Numbered from the stretch's first letter, positions 30,018-39,654 are shown. The stretch: DNA of 64,000 nt from a virus (IMGVR_UViG_3300032322_002674:45458-109457); one strand, 5' to 3'. Notes: generated by a model not told the origin, from the sequence alone. A program made the numbers and translations.

Positions 30018-30470
30018 TTAATACCAGTTATCGTATATACTTTCAGGATATAAATTTTCATTAAAATAACCATAACTTTCATATCCTGAAATAGAATCAC
30101 CAACCTGAAATAATTTTTCTGTTTTAATTATACCATTAAACCTTTTAAGTTTTTCTTTTGGTAATTTAATAACTTCTTCTAAATGATTTAAACAAGTTAC
30201 TTCATTATCATTAACAGAATCTACAACAAAGAATTCATTTTCATAAATAACTATATTACTTTTAAAAATTGATTTATTTGTTGCAAATAACAAAATTGGT
30301 TTAATTTCTTTTAATGTATATTTTTTTTCACCATCTTTTGTTAAACAACAAATACCTGATGAAAATCCAATTACCTTACCTATGGTTTGGTCAGGTAATA
30401 ATACAAAAGAATTTTTTGTTATTAACTTTTTTGTATATAAAAAATCTACTTTATAATCATTATAGTACAT
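30018..30470 (-). CDS. Hypothetical protein
   Basis: ORF in a tightly packed minus-strand run. Confidence 0.6.
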   Translation of the reverse strand: MYYNDYKVDFLYTKKLITKNSFVLLPDQTIGKVIGFSSGICCLTKDGEKKYTLKEIKPILLFATNKSIFKSNIVIYENEFFVVDSVNDNEVTCLNHLEEVIKLPKEKLKRFNGIIKTEKLFQVGDSISGYESYGYFNENLYPESIYDNWY

Positions 30471-30885
30471 TTTCTTCTACTTTATATAAATTAAAGTAAT
30501 AATTCATATCATCAAATTTTCTAATTGTTTTTGCAGTTTCATTATCAGACTTATTTATAATTCTTCTTTGTTCCCTTTCCAAAAATTTACTACCTTCCTG
30601 AATTCCAAATTGATATGGGTCAGGTTTAATTTCTTTTAATTTATTTGAAATAAATGTAACTTGGGAAGTCCAAATATGTAATGATAATTGATTTGTTACA
30701 AATTTGGTATGATTTAAAATCATTGGTTTTTTGGAAAAGTATATTGAAAAACCTTTTTCCATAGTTTTTTGAAATAAAAACATACCGAATTTTGTAGTGT
30801 AAACAACACCTAATCTTTTTGGATTGTTGCAAACAATTATTAATGTTAATGAAACAAAAAATAATAATATTAGTAAGTATATCAT
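30460..30885 (-). CDS. Hypothetical protein with N-terminal membrane anchor
   Basis: MIYLLILLFFVSLTLIIVC. Confidence 0.6.
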   Translation of the reverse strand: MIYLLILLFFVSLTLIIVCNNPKRLGVVYTTKFGMFLFQKTMEKGFSIYFSKKPMILNHTKFVTNQLSLHIWTSQVTFISNKLKEIKPDPYQFGIQEGSKFLEREQRRIINKSDNETAKTIRKFDDMNYYFNLYKVEENVL

Positions 30886-30991
30886 AATTAATTATTTAAT
30901 AGTTTTATAAACCAGTCAAATTGACAATTACTTTTTAAATTTAATTTATATTTTAAAATATTTATAAAATATTCTATTTTCAGGATTATTC

Positions 30992-31048
30992 TTAATAAAA
31001 TGAATCAATCTTTTCTTTATGTTCTTCTACTGTAAAAACTGTATTCAT
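30992..31048 (-). CDS. 18-aa micro-ORF MNTVFTVEEHKEKIDSFY
   Basis: ATG 1 nt after the sigma-gene stop; carries a variant of the N-terminal motif seen in five other ORFs. Confidence 0.35.
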   Translation of the reverse strand: MNTVFTVEEHKEKIDSFY

Positions 31049-31049
31049 T

Positions 31050-31883
31050 TTATTTAAATTTAAAAAGATTTTTTCCGTTTGTTCTAAGTTTTTTAAGTGC
31101 AATTTCTTTTATTTGTCTAACCCTTTCTTTGGTTAAATTTAATTCATCACCAACATCTTCTAAATTACAATTATTATTACCATCAAACCCATAATACATT
31201 GTAATAATAGTTTTTTCTCTTTCATCAAGTACATTACTAATTAAATCTTCTAATTCTTTTCTTTTATCAAATTTATCAATATTATCAGGTGGGGTTATAT
31301 TTGCTGGTATTAAATCAATTAATTCATCACCATCTTCATTAATTGAAGAATAAATTGATTGTACTGTTGGTACAAATATATCATCACTTGTATCAACAAA
31401 CTCATCTTGTTTTAGTTTTTGTTCATTCTTTTTTTGTTGTTTTTGAATATCATTAACAACATTTAAAGGTAATCTTATTTCTCTTGAATATTCAGAAAGA
31501 TATGCAAGAATGGATTGGCGAACCCACCATACTGCATAAGATATAAATTTAGTGTTTTTTTCTAAAGTATATTTTTCAGATGCGGTAACAAGACCAATTA
31601 ATGCCTCTTGATATAAATCTTTTATATCAATATTATATTGATTACAAACACCACTAAATTCATTTGCAGTTTTTATTGCGAAAAGTAAATGAGATTTTAT
31701 TATTAAATCTCTTATTTTTTTATCTTTTGTTTTAAAATATTTTTGCCACATTAATTTTTCATCATCACCTGATAATTTTTGTGTTTTTCTAACATCCTTA
31801 AAAAATAAGGATGATAGATTGGTTTCAATTATATCATCAATACCTTCTTTTTTTTCTTTTTTTCTTGTTTTGGTTTTTAACAT
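31050..31883 (-). CDS. Phage sigma-70-family RNA polymerase sigma factor
   Basis: Region 2 DLYQEALIGL...KFISYAVWWVRQSI; region 4 LEDVGDELNLTKERVRQIKEIALKKLR. Confidence 0.93.
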   Translation of the reverse strand: MLKTKTRKKEKKEGIDDIIETNLSSLFFKDVRKTQKLSGDDEKLMWQKYFKTKDKKIRDLIIKSHLLFAIKTANEFSGVCNQYNIDIKDLYQEALIGLVTASEKYTLEKNTKFISYAVWWVRQSILAYLSEYSREIRLPLNVVNDIQKQQKKNEQKLKQDEFVDTSDDIFVPTVQSIYSSINEDGDELIDLIPANITPPDNIDKFDKRKELEDLISNVLDEREKTIITMYYGFDGNNNCNLEDVGDELNLTKERVRQIKEIALKKLRTNGKNLFKFK

Positions 31884-31908
31884 ATAGGTTTGGTTTGATT
31901 ATAAAAAA

Positions 31909-32394
31909 TTATTTTAATTGAGGAAGAAATTTATCAATAATTTCATCAAAAGTTGGATTGAATTTTATTTTTGTTACATTATATTCTTGATTTGCAATCA
32001 AAGAACTAATTTCCCTTTCGTATGTGTCTGATTTTTTATTACACAAAAGATTATACATTATGAAGTGTTTTGTTTTTCCTTCATAATAATCTGTAATTTT
32101 ACATTTTAGGGATTTATTGAAATAAATTTCAAATTCATTATCATTTAAAATTTTTAATTCCAATTCGTTTTTTAAAACATCTTTTTTTGTTTCTTTGCAA
32201 AGTTTTTCATAATTCTCAAAATTTTCCAATGAATTACCAAAATCCTTTTTTTGTTGAAAAGTTTCTTTTATTTTTTCACCATACAATGTACGCATAATTT
32301 GGAACTTTAAGTTGTCCAAACCCAAAGATTTGAATTTGGGATACCATTCGTTATAAAGTTTTTCAAACTCTTCTTTTGTAATGTCTTTTTTCAT
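31909..32394 (-). CDS. Hypothetical protein
   Basis: ORF in the operon-like run. Confidence 0.6.
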   Translation of the reverse strand: MKKDITKEEFEKLYNEWYPKFKSLGLDNLKFQIMRTLYGEKIKETFQQKKDFGNSLENFENYEKLCKETKKDVLKNELELKILNDNEFEIYFNKSLKCKITDYYEGKTKHFIMYNLLCNKKSDTYEREISSLIANQEYNVTKIKFNPTFDEIIDKFLPQLK

Positions 32395-32395
32395 T

Positions 32396-32719
32396 TTATT
32401 TTTGTTTATTTATTTTTTTTAAATATAAAAGTTCTTCTTTATATTTTTTTAATGAAGGAAATGAATTAATTTCAAGACAATAATCAACTAACCCTAAAAT
32501 ATATTGACAACGTTCATCAAAGTTTTTATTATCTAAAAATAATAATAATTCATTATCATTAAGTTTTTCTATTTCATTATACTTTTTTCTAAGTAATTGA
32601 ATATTTGTAAACCAATTAGGTAATGAATTATCAATCAATTGAGTGGTTGATTCTACAACTGAATTATTTTTCTTCCTTTTTATGGGTTTTATTTCATCTA
32701 CTTGAAAAAATGTTTTCAT
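32396..32719 (-). CDS. Hypothetical protein with FFQVDE N-terminal motif
   Basis: MKTFFQVDEI. Confidence 0.6.
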   Translation of the reverse strand: MKTFFQVDEIKPIKRKKNNSVVESTTQLIDNSLPNWFTNIQLLRKKYNEIEKLNDNELLLFLDNKNFDERCQYILGLVDYCLEINSFPSLKKYKEELLYLKKINKQK

Positions 32720-33411
32720 CAGAATTTATAATTTTTTGTTTCTTTTCTAATTTTTATTTGTGACTTGGTATTATTTTTTTCGGTAATACCATTTTCCAAT
32801 GGTGCAACCATTCTCTTTAAGACCAAACCTTCATATAATTCATGTTTCACCATTTCTTCATATAATTCCTTAAAATCTTCTTTTACAAAGGTTTTAACAA
32901 CATAAAAAGTTTCATCTATTGTATATAACCATTTGTTATAGTCTTTTAAATCCAATTTACCAAAGTAATATTTATCAGTTTCATCTTTAGATGTGAACAA
33001 ATTCAAAAGAAGATTATAACGACTTTGGAAAGATTCACCCAGAAGATGTTTTGAATTATAAACAATTAAATCGAAAAAAACAAGTTTTTGGTTAAATATT
33101 TTTCCATTTTCATCTTTTTGCGATTTATTTAGATATTCACCAACCAAAACAATCCAACCCAAATCTTTATTTTTTTCATAAATTCTTTTAACTAATGTTT
33201 CTATTTCTACACTTATTTTAAAATTTGAAAAAGATTGTTTATGTCTATTTTTTACAATAAAAGTTTGACCATTTGTGAATAATAAACAGCAAGAACCATT
33301 TAATTTTGGTTGTGCGAAATAACCATTAGATTGATAAAATTCACAATCAGAAATTTTTGTTGCATTTTCTGGTCTTGGTGGAAAAATATATTTATAATCT
33401 TGATAGTTCAT
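32719..33411 (-). CDS. Stand-alone ATP-dependent ligase nucleotidyltransferase domain
   Basis: Motif I QPKLNG, III VGEYL, IIIa FFDL, IV EGLVLKR, V QIKIRK; no OB domain. Confidence 0.75.
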   Translation of the reverse strand: MNYQDYKYIFPPRPENATKISDCEFYQSNGYFAQPKLNGSCCLLFTNGQTFIVKNRHKQSFSNFKISVEIETLVKRIYEKNKDLGWIVLVGEYLNKSQKDENGKIFNQKLVFFDLIVYNSKHLLGESFQSRYNLLLNLFTSKDETDKYYFGKLDLKDYNKWLYTIDETFYVVKTFVKEDFKELYEEMVKHELYEGLVLKRMVAPLENGITEKNNTKSQIKIRKETKNYKF

Positions 33412-33428
33412 TTTAATTTATTAAAATA

Positions 33429-33740
33429 TTAACAATCTTCTTCTTCACCAGATTCATCTTCTTCATTATAATGGGTCTTATTTGTAGTACAATAAGTAAA
33501 TGCTCTTTTATTAGTAAAAAACAAAAAACTTCTTTCTTTTATTATTTCATATTTTAAAGGATTACCGCAAACAGGACAAATCTGTAAATCATAAACACAT
33601 TTGTGTATTAAATTTTCCTTTTCTTTAATTTCCTCGTTTTCTTTTTCTTTTAAAAGAATAATTTTTCTTAATTTTTCTGTATTAATCATAATATTATTTT
33701 TTAATTGAATTTCTTCTACCGTAAAAAATGTATTTTTCAT
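33429..33740 (-). CDS. Hypothetical Zn-ribbon protein with NTFFTVEE N-terminal motif
   Basis: CPVC...C...H; the ATG at 33740 overlaps the Pnk stop (ATGA). Confidence 0.6.
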   Translation of the reverse strand: MKNTFFTVEEIQLKNNIMINTEKLRKIILLKEKENEEIKEKENLIHKCVYDLQICPVCGNPLKYEIIKERSFLFFTNKRAFTYCTTNKTHYNEEDESGEEEDC

Positions 33741-35914
33741 CTTTTTAACCATTGATTTCTTAATGCAATAATTGACACTTCTTTTAAATAATCCTTATCA
33801 AGTTGTTTTAACCAACCATAAAATTCAACATCTTCTTTAGATTTTAATTTACCGTGATTAAATGGTTTATTATCATCTTTTTGTCTTGCAACTGCATCTT
33901 TAATTCCTCTTCTATACTTCCACTTATTATAAAAATAAGTTTTGTATTTAAACATAAATTTATTCATATCCTCAAATACAAATCCCTCAATCCATTCACC
34001 ATTTAAATTATAATCATGATGAAGAATTTTTTTATAGAATTCATAAAATTCTTCCCAATGATTAAAAACTGCAACTTTTTCTTTAACATCCAATCCCAAT
34101 TCCTTACCAATTTTTAATAATTCTTCATAAGAATCAGTTTTAAATTCAATATCTCTTTTTACAGATTCAATAAGAACGATATTTGGTTTGGGATATTCAA
34201 TAATATGTGGGTCTAAATTCGGTTCAATTACCTCAAAAATAAGTGAACAATTATTATTTTTTACATAATCTTTTAGTAAGTCAAAGTTAGTGATTTTTTC
34301 TTTTAATATTTTGGCAAACATTTGGGAAAATTCTCCATCAGAAGTTGATTTTGATGATATAAAAACTTCATCTTTAATGGAATCATAACCTACCAATCCC
34401 AAAAAACCATTATATTTATGCCAACAAGTAAGTGGAAATTTTATTTTTGTAGGTAATATATCCAATGATGTTTCTTTTTGTTCTCCAATATTAAAAAATT
34501 TATCATAAGAACGAGTTATAATTTCACCATTAATTGTATTAAGAAATAATCCCCTTGCCTTAATGTTTAATTGATTCCATTTTGAATTGAAAAATGCATC
34601 ACGAGTAAAATTAAAAGAAGATATATAATTGGTTAACTTATTTTCACGAACTAATCTGGATTTTCTTAATTCATTAACCAAATTAAGTCCTTCAAGATTT
34701 ACCACTTCGGTATCAAGTTCTTCTTTTATTTTAAATAAATTATTTTTAATTTCAATACCTTTAATTTCATTACCAGATAAATGCAAAATTCTTAAATGAC
34801 CACCAAATTCAATTTTACCCTCCAAGTTAAATGATTTTTCTGATGCAAATATTGATGAGTTTTTTGAATTTCTATGACCATGAATTTGATAAATTTCCTT
34901 ATTACAGTTTTGTGAAAAAACTTCATCAATATCCAAATTATGTCTGCCAACACCTTTAATCATTTCTTGCGTTGCAATATAAATTAAATTTCTTTTTGGG
35001 AACGTAGATAAACCACCATGAGTTACAAGATATTCTTTTCCATTATATGTAAACCATGACATTTGACCTAATTTTCGATATAATTCCCTTGCATCAGATT
35101 TGGTGAAATCAGATTCTTCTAATTGGGGTTTTGTTTCAACTTCAAATACTTTAGATTTTGATATTTCATTATTACCCCATTTCCAAAGATGTATTTCATG
35201 ATTACCTTCAATAAGATAAACATTGGGTTGTTTTGATAATTCCAACATATATTTTAATACATCAGAATTATTTATACCCCTATCAATAAAGTCACCAACA
35301 AAAATATATTGATTTTCTAAAGAAAAAGGATTATCTTGAAAAAATTGAATTAAAGGTTCAACACAACCATGAATATCACCGAATATATAAACATTTTTAT
35401 AATTGGATAAATCAATTGGTTTTGCATGAATATTTTCAAATAAATTATCAGGTTTTGTTATAATAAACCTACCTTGAGGTTTTTCCAAATCATATCTTGC
35501 AAATGCACGGTGAATAACTTCTTCTGGAACAAATTTATATTCATCACGCATTTTATTTTGTTTTAAAACCCTTTCTATTGGAACATCAGTAAAATCCAAT
35601 ACAAATGCACGATAACGATAATTTTCAATTAATTTTTTATAACGTTGAAAATTTGTTCTACCTTGATGTGTTGCATCTATTACCGTTAATTCACCCCTTT
35701 CCATTCGTTTTTCAAGAAGTTCAAAAAGTAATGACCAAACTTTGTTATCATTATTCATTGAAATATTTAAACCACCCAATTCATTAAGAGATGGTGATTG
35801 AAATAATAAACGAATTTGGTCTGGGGAAAGTGTATATTCCTCCAGACCATTATTTTTAATAAAAGTTGATTTTCCTGAACCAGGACAACCCCTTGTTAGA
35901 ATTAAAGTTCTCAT
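33737..35914 (-). CDS. Polynucleotide kinase - metallophosphoesterase - RNA ligase fusion (RNA repair)
   Basis: RGCPGSGKST P-loop; GDIHG, GDFIDRG, GNHE, HGG, HGH phosphoesterase motifs; ARGLF, DKFFNIGE, KYNG, EGFV, FKYKT ligase motifs. Confidence 0.9.
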   Translation of the reverse strand: MRTLILTRGCPGSGKSTFIKNNGLEEYTLSPDQIRLLFQSPSLNELGGLNISMNNDNKVWSLLFELLEKRMERGELTVIDATHQGRTNFQRYKKLIENYRYRAFVLDFTDVPIERVLKQNKMRDEYKFVPEEVIHRAFARYDLEKPQGRFIITKPDNLFENIHAKPIDLSNYKNVYIFGDIHGCVEPLIQFFQDNPFSLENQYIFVGDFIDRGINNSDVLKYMLELSKQPNVYLIEGNHEIHLWKWGNNEISKSKVFEVETKPQLEESDFTKSDARELYRKLGQMSWFTYNGKEYLVTHGGLSTFPKRNLIYIATQEMIKGVGRHNLDIDEVFSQNCNKEIYQIHGHRNSKNSSIFASEKSFNLEGKIEFGGHLRILHLSGNEIKGIEIKNNLFKIKEELDTEVVNLEGLNLVNELRKSRLVRENKLTNYISSFNFTRDAFFNSKWNQLNIKARGLFLNTINGEIITRSYDKFFNIGEQKETSLDILPTKIKFPLTCWHKYNGFLGLVGYDSIKDEVFISSKSTSDGEFSQMFAKILKEKITNFDLLKDYVKNNNCSLIFEVIEPNLDPHIIEYPKPNIVLIESVKRDIEFKTDSYEELLKIGKELGLDVKEKVAVFNHWEEFYEFYKKILHHDYNLNGEWIEGFVFEDMNKFMFKYKTYFYNKWKYRRGIKDAVARQKDDNKPFNHGKLKSKEDVEFYGWLKQLDKDYLKEVSIIALRNQWLKR

Positions 35915-35928
35915 TGATTAAGTTTCCA

Positions 35929-35936
35929 CAAAGATA
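35929..35936 (-). promoter_or_regulatory. Bacteroidetes-type -7 box TATCTTTG
   Basis: 14 nt upstream of the Pnk-ligase ATG; TTTGCA further upstream (35965-35960). Confidence 0.65.
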
Positions 35937-35967
35937 AGGAAAAAAATTTAAATTGGTATTGCAAACT

Positions 35968-36108
35968 TTAAAAAGTTCTACCCCACCAACGTCTAATTTT
36001 TTCTTCAAATTCAGGAAACCAAAATTTGTTCATAACTTCCATTGTGAACCAACGAATAATCATGTAGAAAAATAAAAATTGAACAATTGTACTTAATAAG
36101 TAAATCAT
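35968..36108 (-). CDS. Small membrane protein (46 aa; not in ORF track)
   Basis: MIYLLSTIVQFLFFYMIIRWF...; fills the gap in the gene run. Confidence 0.5.
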   Translation of the reverse strand: MIYLLSTIVQFLFFYMIIRWFTMEVMNKFWFPEFEEKIRRWWGRTF

Positions 36109-36112
36109 ATAT

Positions 36113-36280
36113 TTATTGTTTTTTTAATTTTTGTTCATCAATTTCTTTCGCAGTAAAAGGAATTCTATCCATGACCATACCATAACCTTTATCAATCCAT
36201 CTTTTATAGATTAAAGTTTTTAAACCCCTTTCCCAGAACCAAACATAAAGTTCATTACCTTTTTTTTCTTTACTAATCAT
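36113..36280 (-). CDS. Small hypothetical protein (55 aa; not in ORF track)
   Basis: MISKEKKGNELYVWFWERG...; ATGA overlap with the gltX stop. Confidence 0.55.
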   Translation of the reverse strand: MISKEKKGNELYVWFWERGLKTLIYKRWIDKGYGMVMDRIPFTAKEIDEQKLKKQ

Positions 36281-37839
36281 TTGACTAAGGTTTTTTGAAC
36301 AAATTCATAATAAGATTCCAATCTTGAAATTGTTTCTTTATAACCCCACAGAACCATTAAATCAAACAAACCAGGTGAAGGTTCACCCCCAGTCAAAGAT
36401 TGTCTTAAATACATCATTATGTCCTTTTGTTGACATTCTAATTGTGTTATTAATTCCAATCCTTTTAATTGAAATCCATCCAAATCTGTTGGTTTTGTTT
36501 CTTTTAAATAATTAATATATTCGGAAAACCATTTTTCTTGTGTTTCACCCCAATTTTTAAATGATTCAGGGTTTAAATTATTTAAGTCAAACGAATTCCA
36601 AAACCATTTTGTTAGGGAATAAAAATTTGGATAGAATTTTTCTTTTTCACCTTTTTCAGTCATTTCTTTTAAGGTAATATCTTTAAAAGACATAACCTTA
36701 TCTTTGGTTAAATCCCACATTTTTTCAACCAATTCTTTTCCATACAATTCATAAAGTTTTTCACCTTTATCATTAACCAATTGTTCAAGTGCAAGATTAT
36801 TATCCATTACTTTGATATATTGATTATTATACCACAATGCCTTTTTGAAATTGTATCTTGCTCCAGATTTGGAAACTCTTTCGATTGAAAAAGATTGAAT
36901 TAATTCATCAATGGTATATAATTCTTTATTACCACCAGGATTCCAACCCAAAAATGCAAGGAAATTATTTACTGCTTCAGGTAAAAATCCCATTTCTTTA
37001 AATTGAAGTGGATAAACAGGAATACCAAATGCATCACCATCACGTTTACTTAATTTACCATTTCCTTCAGGTCTAAGAATTAAAGGTAGGTGTGCAAATG
37101 TTGGATGTTCCCAACCAAATGATTCATATAACATTATATGTGTAGGTACAGATGATAACCATTCTTCACCACGAATAACATGTGTGGTTTGCATTAAATG
37201 GTCATCTACCACATTTGCAAGATGGTAAGTTGGAAGATTATCTTTAGATTTCCAAATAACTTTATCATCACATTCTGATGTATTAAATTTAACTTTACCA
37301 CGAATCATATCTGTGAAAATAATATCACGATTTTTTGGCATTAATAATCTAACACAATAAGGGTGATTTTCTTCTAAAAGTTTTTTTGTTTCTGATTCAG
37401 GAAGAACTAAAGAGTTCTTCATATATTGACGAGTAACTGAATCATATTTTGCAGAACGAGATTTACCACCGAAATCTTCTCTCATTTTTTCAAGTTCATC
37501 AGGGGTATCGAATGCATAATATGCATAACCTTTATTTAAAAGAATTTGAACATGTTCTTTATAGATTTCAGTTCTTTGGGATTGAGTGTAAGGACCGAAT
37601 TGTCCACCGTGTTTTGGGGATTCATCAGGCATAATACCTAACCACTCTAAAGAATCATAGATATATTTTTCTGCAGTTGGAACGAAACGTTCCCTATCTG
37701 TATCCTCGATTCGGATATAGAAATCACCACCGAGTTTCTTTGCTAATAGATAATTGAATAGTGCTGTACGCACACCACCGATGTGTAGAGTGCCGCTGGG
37801 AGAAGGTGAGAACCTTAATCTAATCTTTTTTTCTGACAT
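36277..37839 (-). CDS. gltX: Glutamate--tRNA ligase
   Basis: RFSPSPSGTLHIGG, IRIEDTD, YHLANVVDDHLMQTTHVIRGEEW, HLPLIL...GKLSKRDGD, LGWNPG. Confidence 0.95.
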   Translation of the reverse strand: MSEKKIRLRFSPSPSGTLHIGGVRTALFNYLLAKKLGGDFYIRIEDTDRERFVPTAEKYIYDSLEWLGIMPDESPKHGGQFGPYTQSQRTEIYKEHVQILLNKGYAYYAFDTPDELEKMREDFGGKSRSAKYDSVTRQYMKNSLVLPESETKKLLEENHPYCVRLLMPKNRDIIFTDMIRGKVKFNTSECDDKVIWKSKDNLPTYHLANVVDDHLMQTTHVIRGEEWLSSVPTHIMLYESFGWEHPTFAHLPLILRPEGNGKLSKRDGDAFGIPVYPLQFKEMGFLPEAVNNFLAFLGWNPGGNKELYTIDELIQSFSIERVSKSGARYNFKKALWYNNQYIKVMDNNLALEQLVNDKGEKLYELYGKELVEKMWDLTKDKVMSFKDITLKEMTEKGEKEKFYPNFYSLTKWFWNSFDLNNLNPESFKNWGETQEKWFSEYINYLKETKPTDLDGFQLKGLELITQLECQQKDIMMYLRQSLTGGEPSPGLFDLMVLWGYKETISRLESYYEFVQKTLVK

Positions 37840-37847
37840 AAAGATAT

Positions 37848-38195
37848 TTATTTTAAAACAAATTTAAACAAAAAAAAGTAATAAAACAAATGCAAAAAAG
37901 TAAAATCTATTAAATCTTTATAAAAATCAGATAGTAAAATTATATTTTTAATACCACATCTTTCCCTTATTTCTTCACAAGTTAATTCAGTTGTTTCTGC
38001 AAGAATATGGTGTTTTTCACATAAAGATGCACCATTATCAATAAAATAACCACCCTTTTCAAAATCTTCCGTAAATAATCTACGTTCTATTATATGGTGA
38101 GCATCTTTTGCAGGTTCACTACAAATTACACATTTATAATTATCTCTTTTAAAAACAGATTCCCTAAATTCATCCCTATTTAATAATTTTTCCAT
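37848..38195 (-). pseudogene. HNH-like protein, apparently C-terminally truncated
   Basis: FKRDNYKCVIC...DAHHIIERR...NGASLCEKHH, then an abrupt hydrophobic low-information tail. Confidence 0.45.
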
Positions 38196-38587
38196 AACCT
38201 AAAATGTTCTTTAAAGGGTTTTCTGAATAAATCAATAAAATCTTTTTTCAATGACTGAAACCAAAAATCAAACCAAATAATTGTGATTATAGGTTCTTTA
38301 AATTTTTTCTTTTCAAAGAATAAATCAATTATTTTATTTTCAAATTCTTTTTGACAAAATTCTATTGCAGAATTTAAATCTGAAAAAGTACTTTCTTCAT
38401 AATCAAATGAAACATAAAATTCATTTTGTGGAATTTTATCACCAAGTCTATGATTTGATATGATACAAGAATGTAATAGACTTTCACTTTTTAAATAGAT
38501 AAATCCTTTTTCTTTACCCAAATCAGTTGTAAAATCTCTAAATTCCAATTTTTTTATTTGCATAATTTTTCTATTTTTGATAAACAA
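38180..38587 (-). CDS. Hypothetical protein
   Basis: ORF in the minus-strand run. Confidence 0.55.
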   Translation of the reverse strand: MFIKNRKIMQIKKLEFRDFTTDLGKEKGFIYLKSESLLHSCIISNHRLGDKIPQNEFYVSFDYEESTFSDLNSAIEFCQKEFENKIIDLFFEKKKFKEPIITIIWFDFWFQSLKKDFIDLFRKPFKEHFRLWKNY

Positions 38588-38811
38588 TCTTCTGTACTGA
38601 TAATTGTTTTACATACTAAAGGATTAAAATTAATTTTCATATTAAAATTTTTACCTATTTCTGGAAAAATTTTAAAAACCAAATCAAAGTTAGATTCATA
38701 TACATCAAAATCTATTCCATCATTAACAAAATGATATTTATTTTTTAATTTCCTAACTTCATAACCTTTATCTAAGGTTAAAAGGATAAACTGTGATAAA
38801 TAATTTTTCAT
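38554..38811 (-). CDS. Hypothetical protein
   Basis: ORF in the minus-strand run. Confidence 0.55.
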   Translation of the reverse strand: MKNYLSQFILLTLDKGYEVRKLKNKYHFVNDGIDFDVYESNFDLVFKIFPEIGKNFNMKINFNPLVCKTIISTEDCLSKIEKLCK

Positions 38812-38820
38812 ATTTTATTT

Positions 38821-39090
38821 CTATTTTTGAAAATCAATCTTCTGTATTTGAATACAATTCTTTTCCTTTAACCACCATTGATAAACTTCCTTATCAATTG
38901 ATAAAACAACTTTTTTCCTACCAAATAAATTTTCCATTGGAATTTCTGTATCAGGAACACACATTGTTAATTTAACCTCAAAAAAATCAATACCTTTGTA
39001 TTCTTTAAAAGTTATTTCCTCTTCAATATCAAATTTAAATCCCTTTTCTTTTAAGAATTTAATTAAATCTTCTTTTTCAATCTGTAACAT
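38821..39090 (-). CDS. Hypothetical protein
   Basis: First gene after the promoter at 39105. Confidence 0.6.
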   Translation of the reverse strand: MLQIEKEDLIKFLKEKGFKFDIEEEITFKEYKGIDFFEVKLTMCVPDTEIPMENLFGRKKVVLSIDKEVYQWWLKEKNCIQIQKIDFQK

Positions 39091-39104
39091 AATTTAATTT
39101 TCCA

Positions 39105-39142
39105 CAAATATAAAACAAAATTCCCAAATTTTTCAATGCAAA
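39105..39142 (-). promoter_or_regulatory. Bacteroidetes-type promoter (TTTGCATTG...TATATTTG)
   Basis: TATATTTG at 39112-39105, 14 nt above the ATG at 39090. Confidence 0.65.
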
Positions 39143-39189
39143 TTTAATAACTTGTTTATTTTTTTTCTATATATAATATATTTCTTTTT

Positions 39190-39654
39190 ATGAACTTAAA
39201 AAGTGCATCAGGAAACTACAACTTTAAAAAAGATTTAAAGATTGGTAAAAAGGGTGAGGATTATATAATTAATTTTCTTGAATCAAAAGGTTTTAAATTT
39301 ATTGATAGAAATAATGATAAAACATTTGATTTATTAATGGAATGGAGGGGAAAAAAGATTAAATATGAAATTAAAACAGATGTTTACCCAAAAGACACAG
39401 GAAATATGGTTATTGAATTTGAGAGTAGAGGAAAAGATTCTGGAATATCTGTAACCAAATCTCATTATTATATATATTATTATGCTCATTATGATGAAAT
39501 TTGGTTAATAAGAACCAAAGACCTTAAAAAACTTATTAAGGAAAATAATCTTAAATGGGTTAATGGTGGTGATTGGAGAAGTAACACAAAAATGTGGATT
39601 ATTCAAAAGGAAAAATTTAGAAATTGGTTTAAGGTATATAATTTTGCGAAATAA
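39190..39654 (+). CDS. PD-(D/E)xK (restriction-like) nuclease-fold protein
   Basis: GKKGE...FDLL...YEIKTD...TGNMVIEF..RGKDSGI. Confidence 0.65.
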   Translation: MNLKSASGNYNFKKDLKIGKKGEDYIINFLESKGFKFIDRNNDKTFDLLMEWRGKKIKYEIKTDVYPKDTGNMVIEFESRGKDSGISVTKSHYYIYYYAHYDEIWLIRTKDLKKLIKENNLKWVNGGDWRSNTKMWIIQKEKFRNWFKVYNFAK

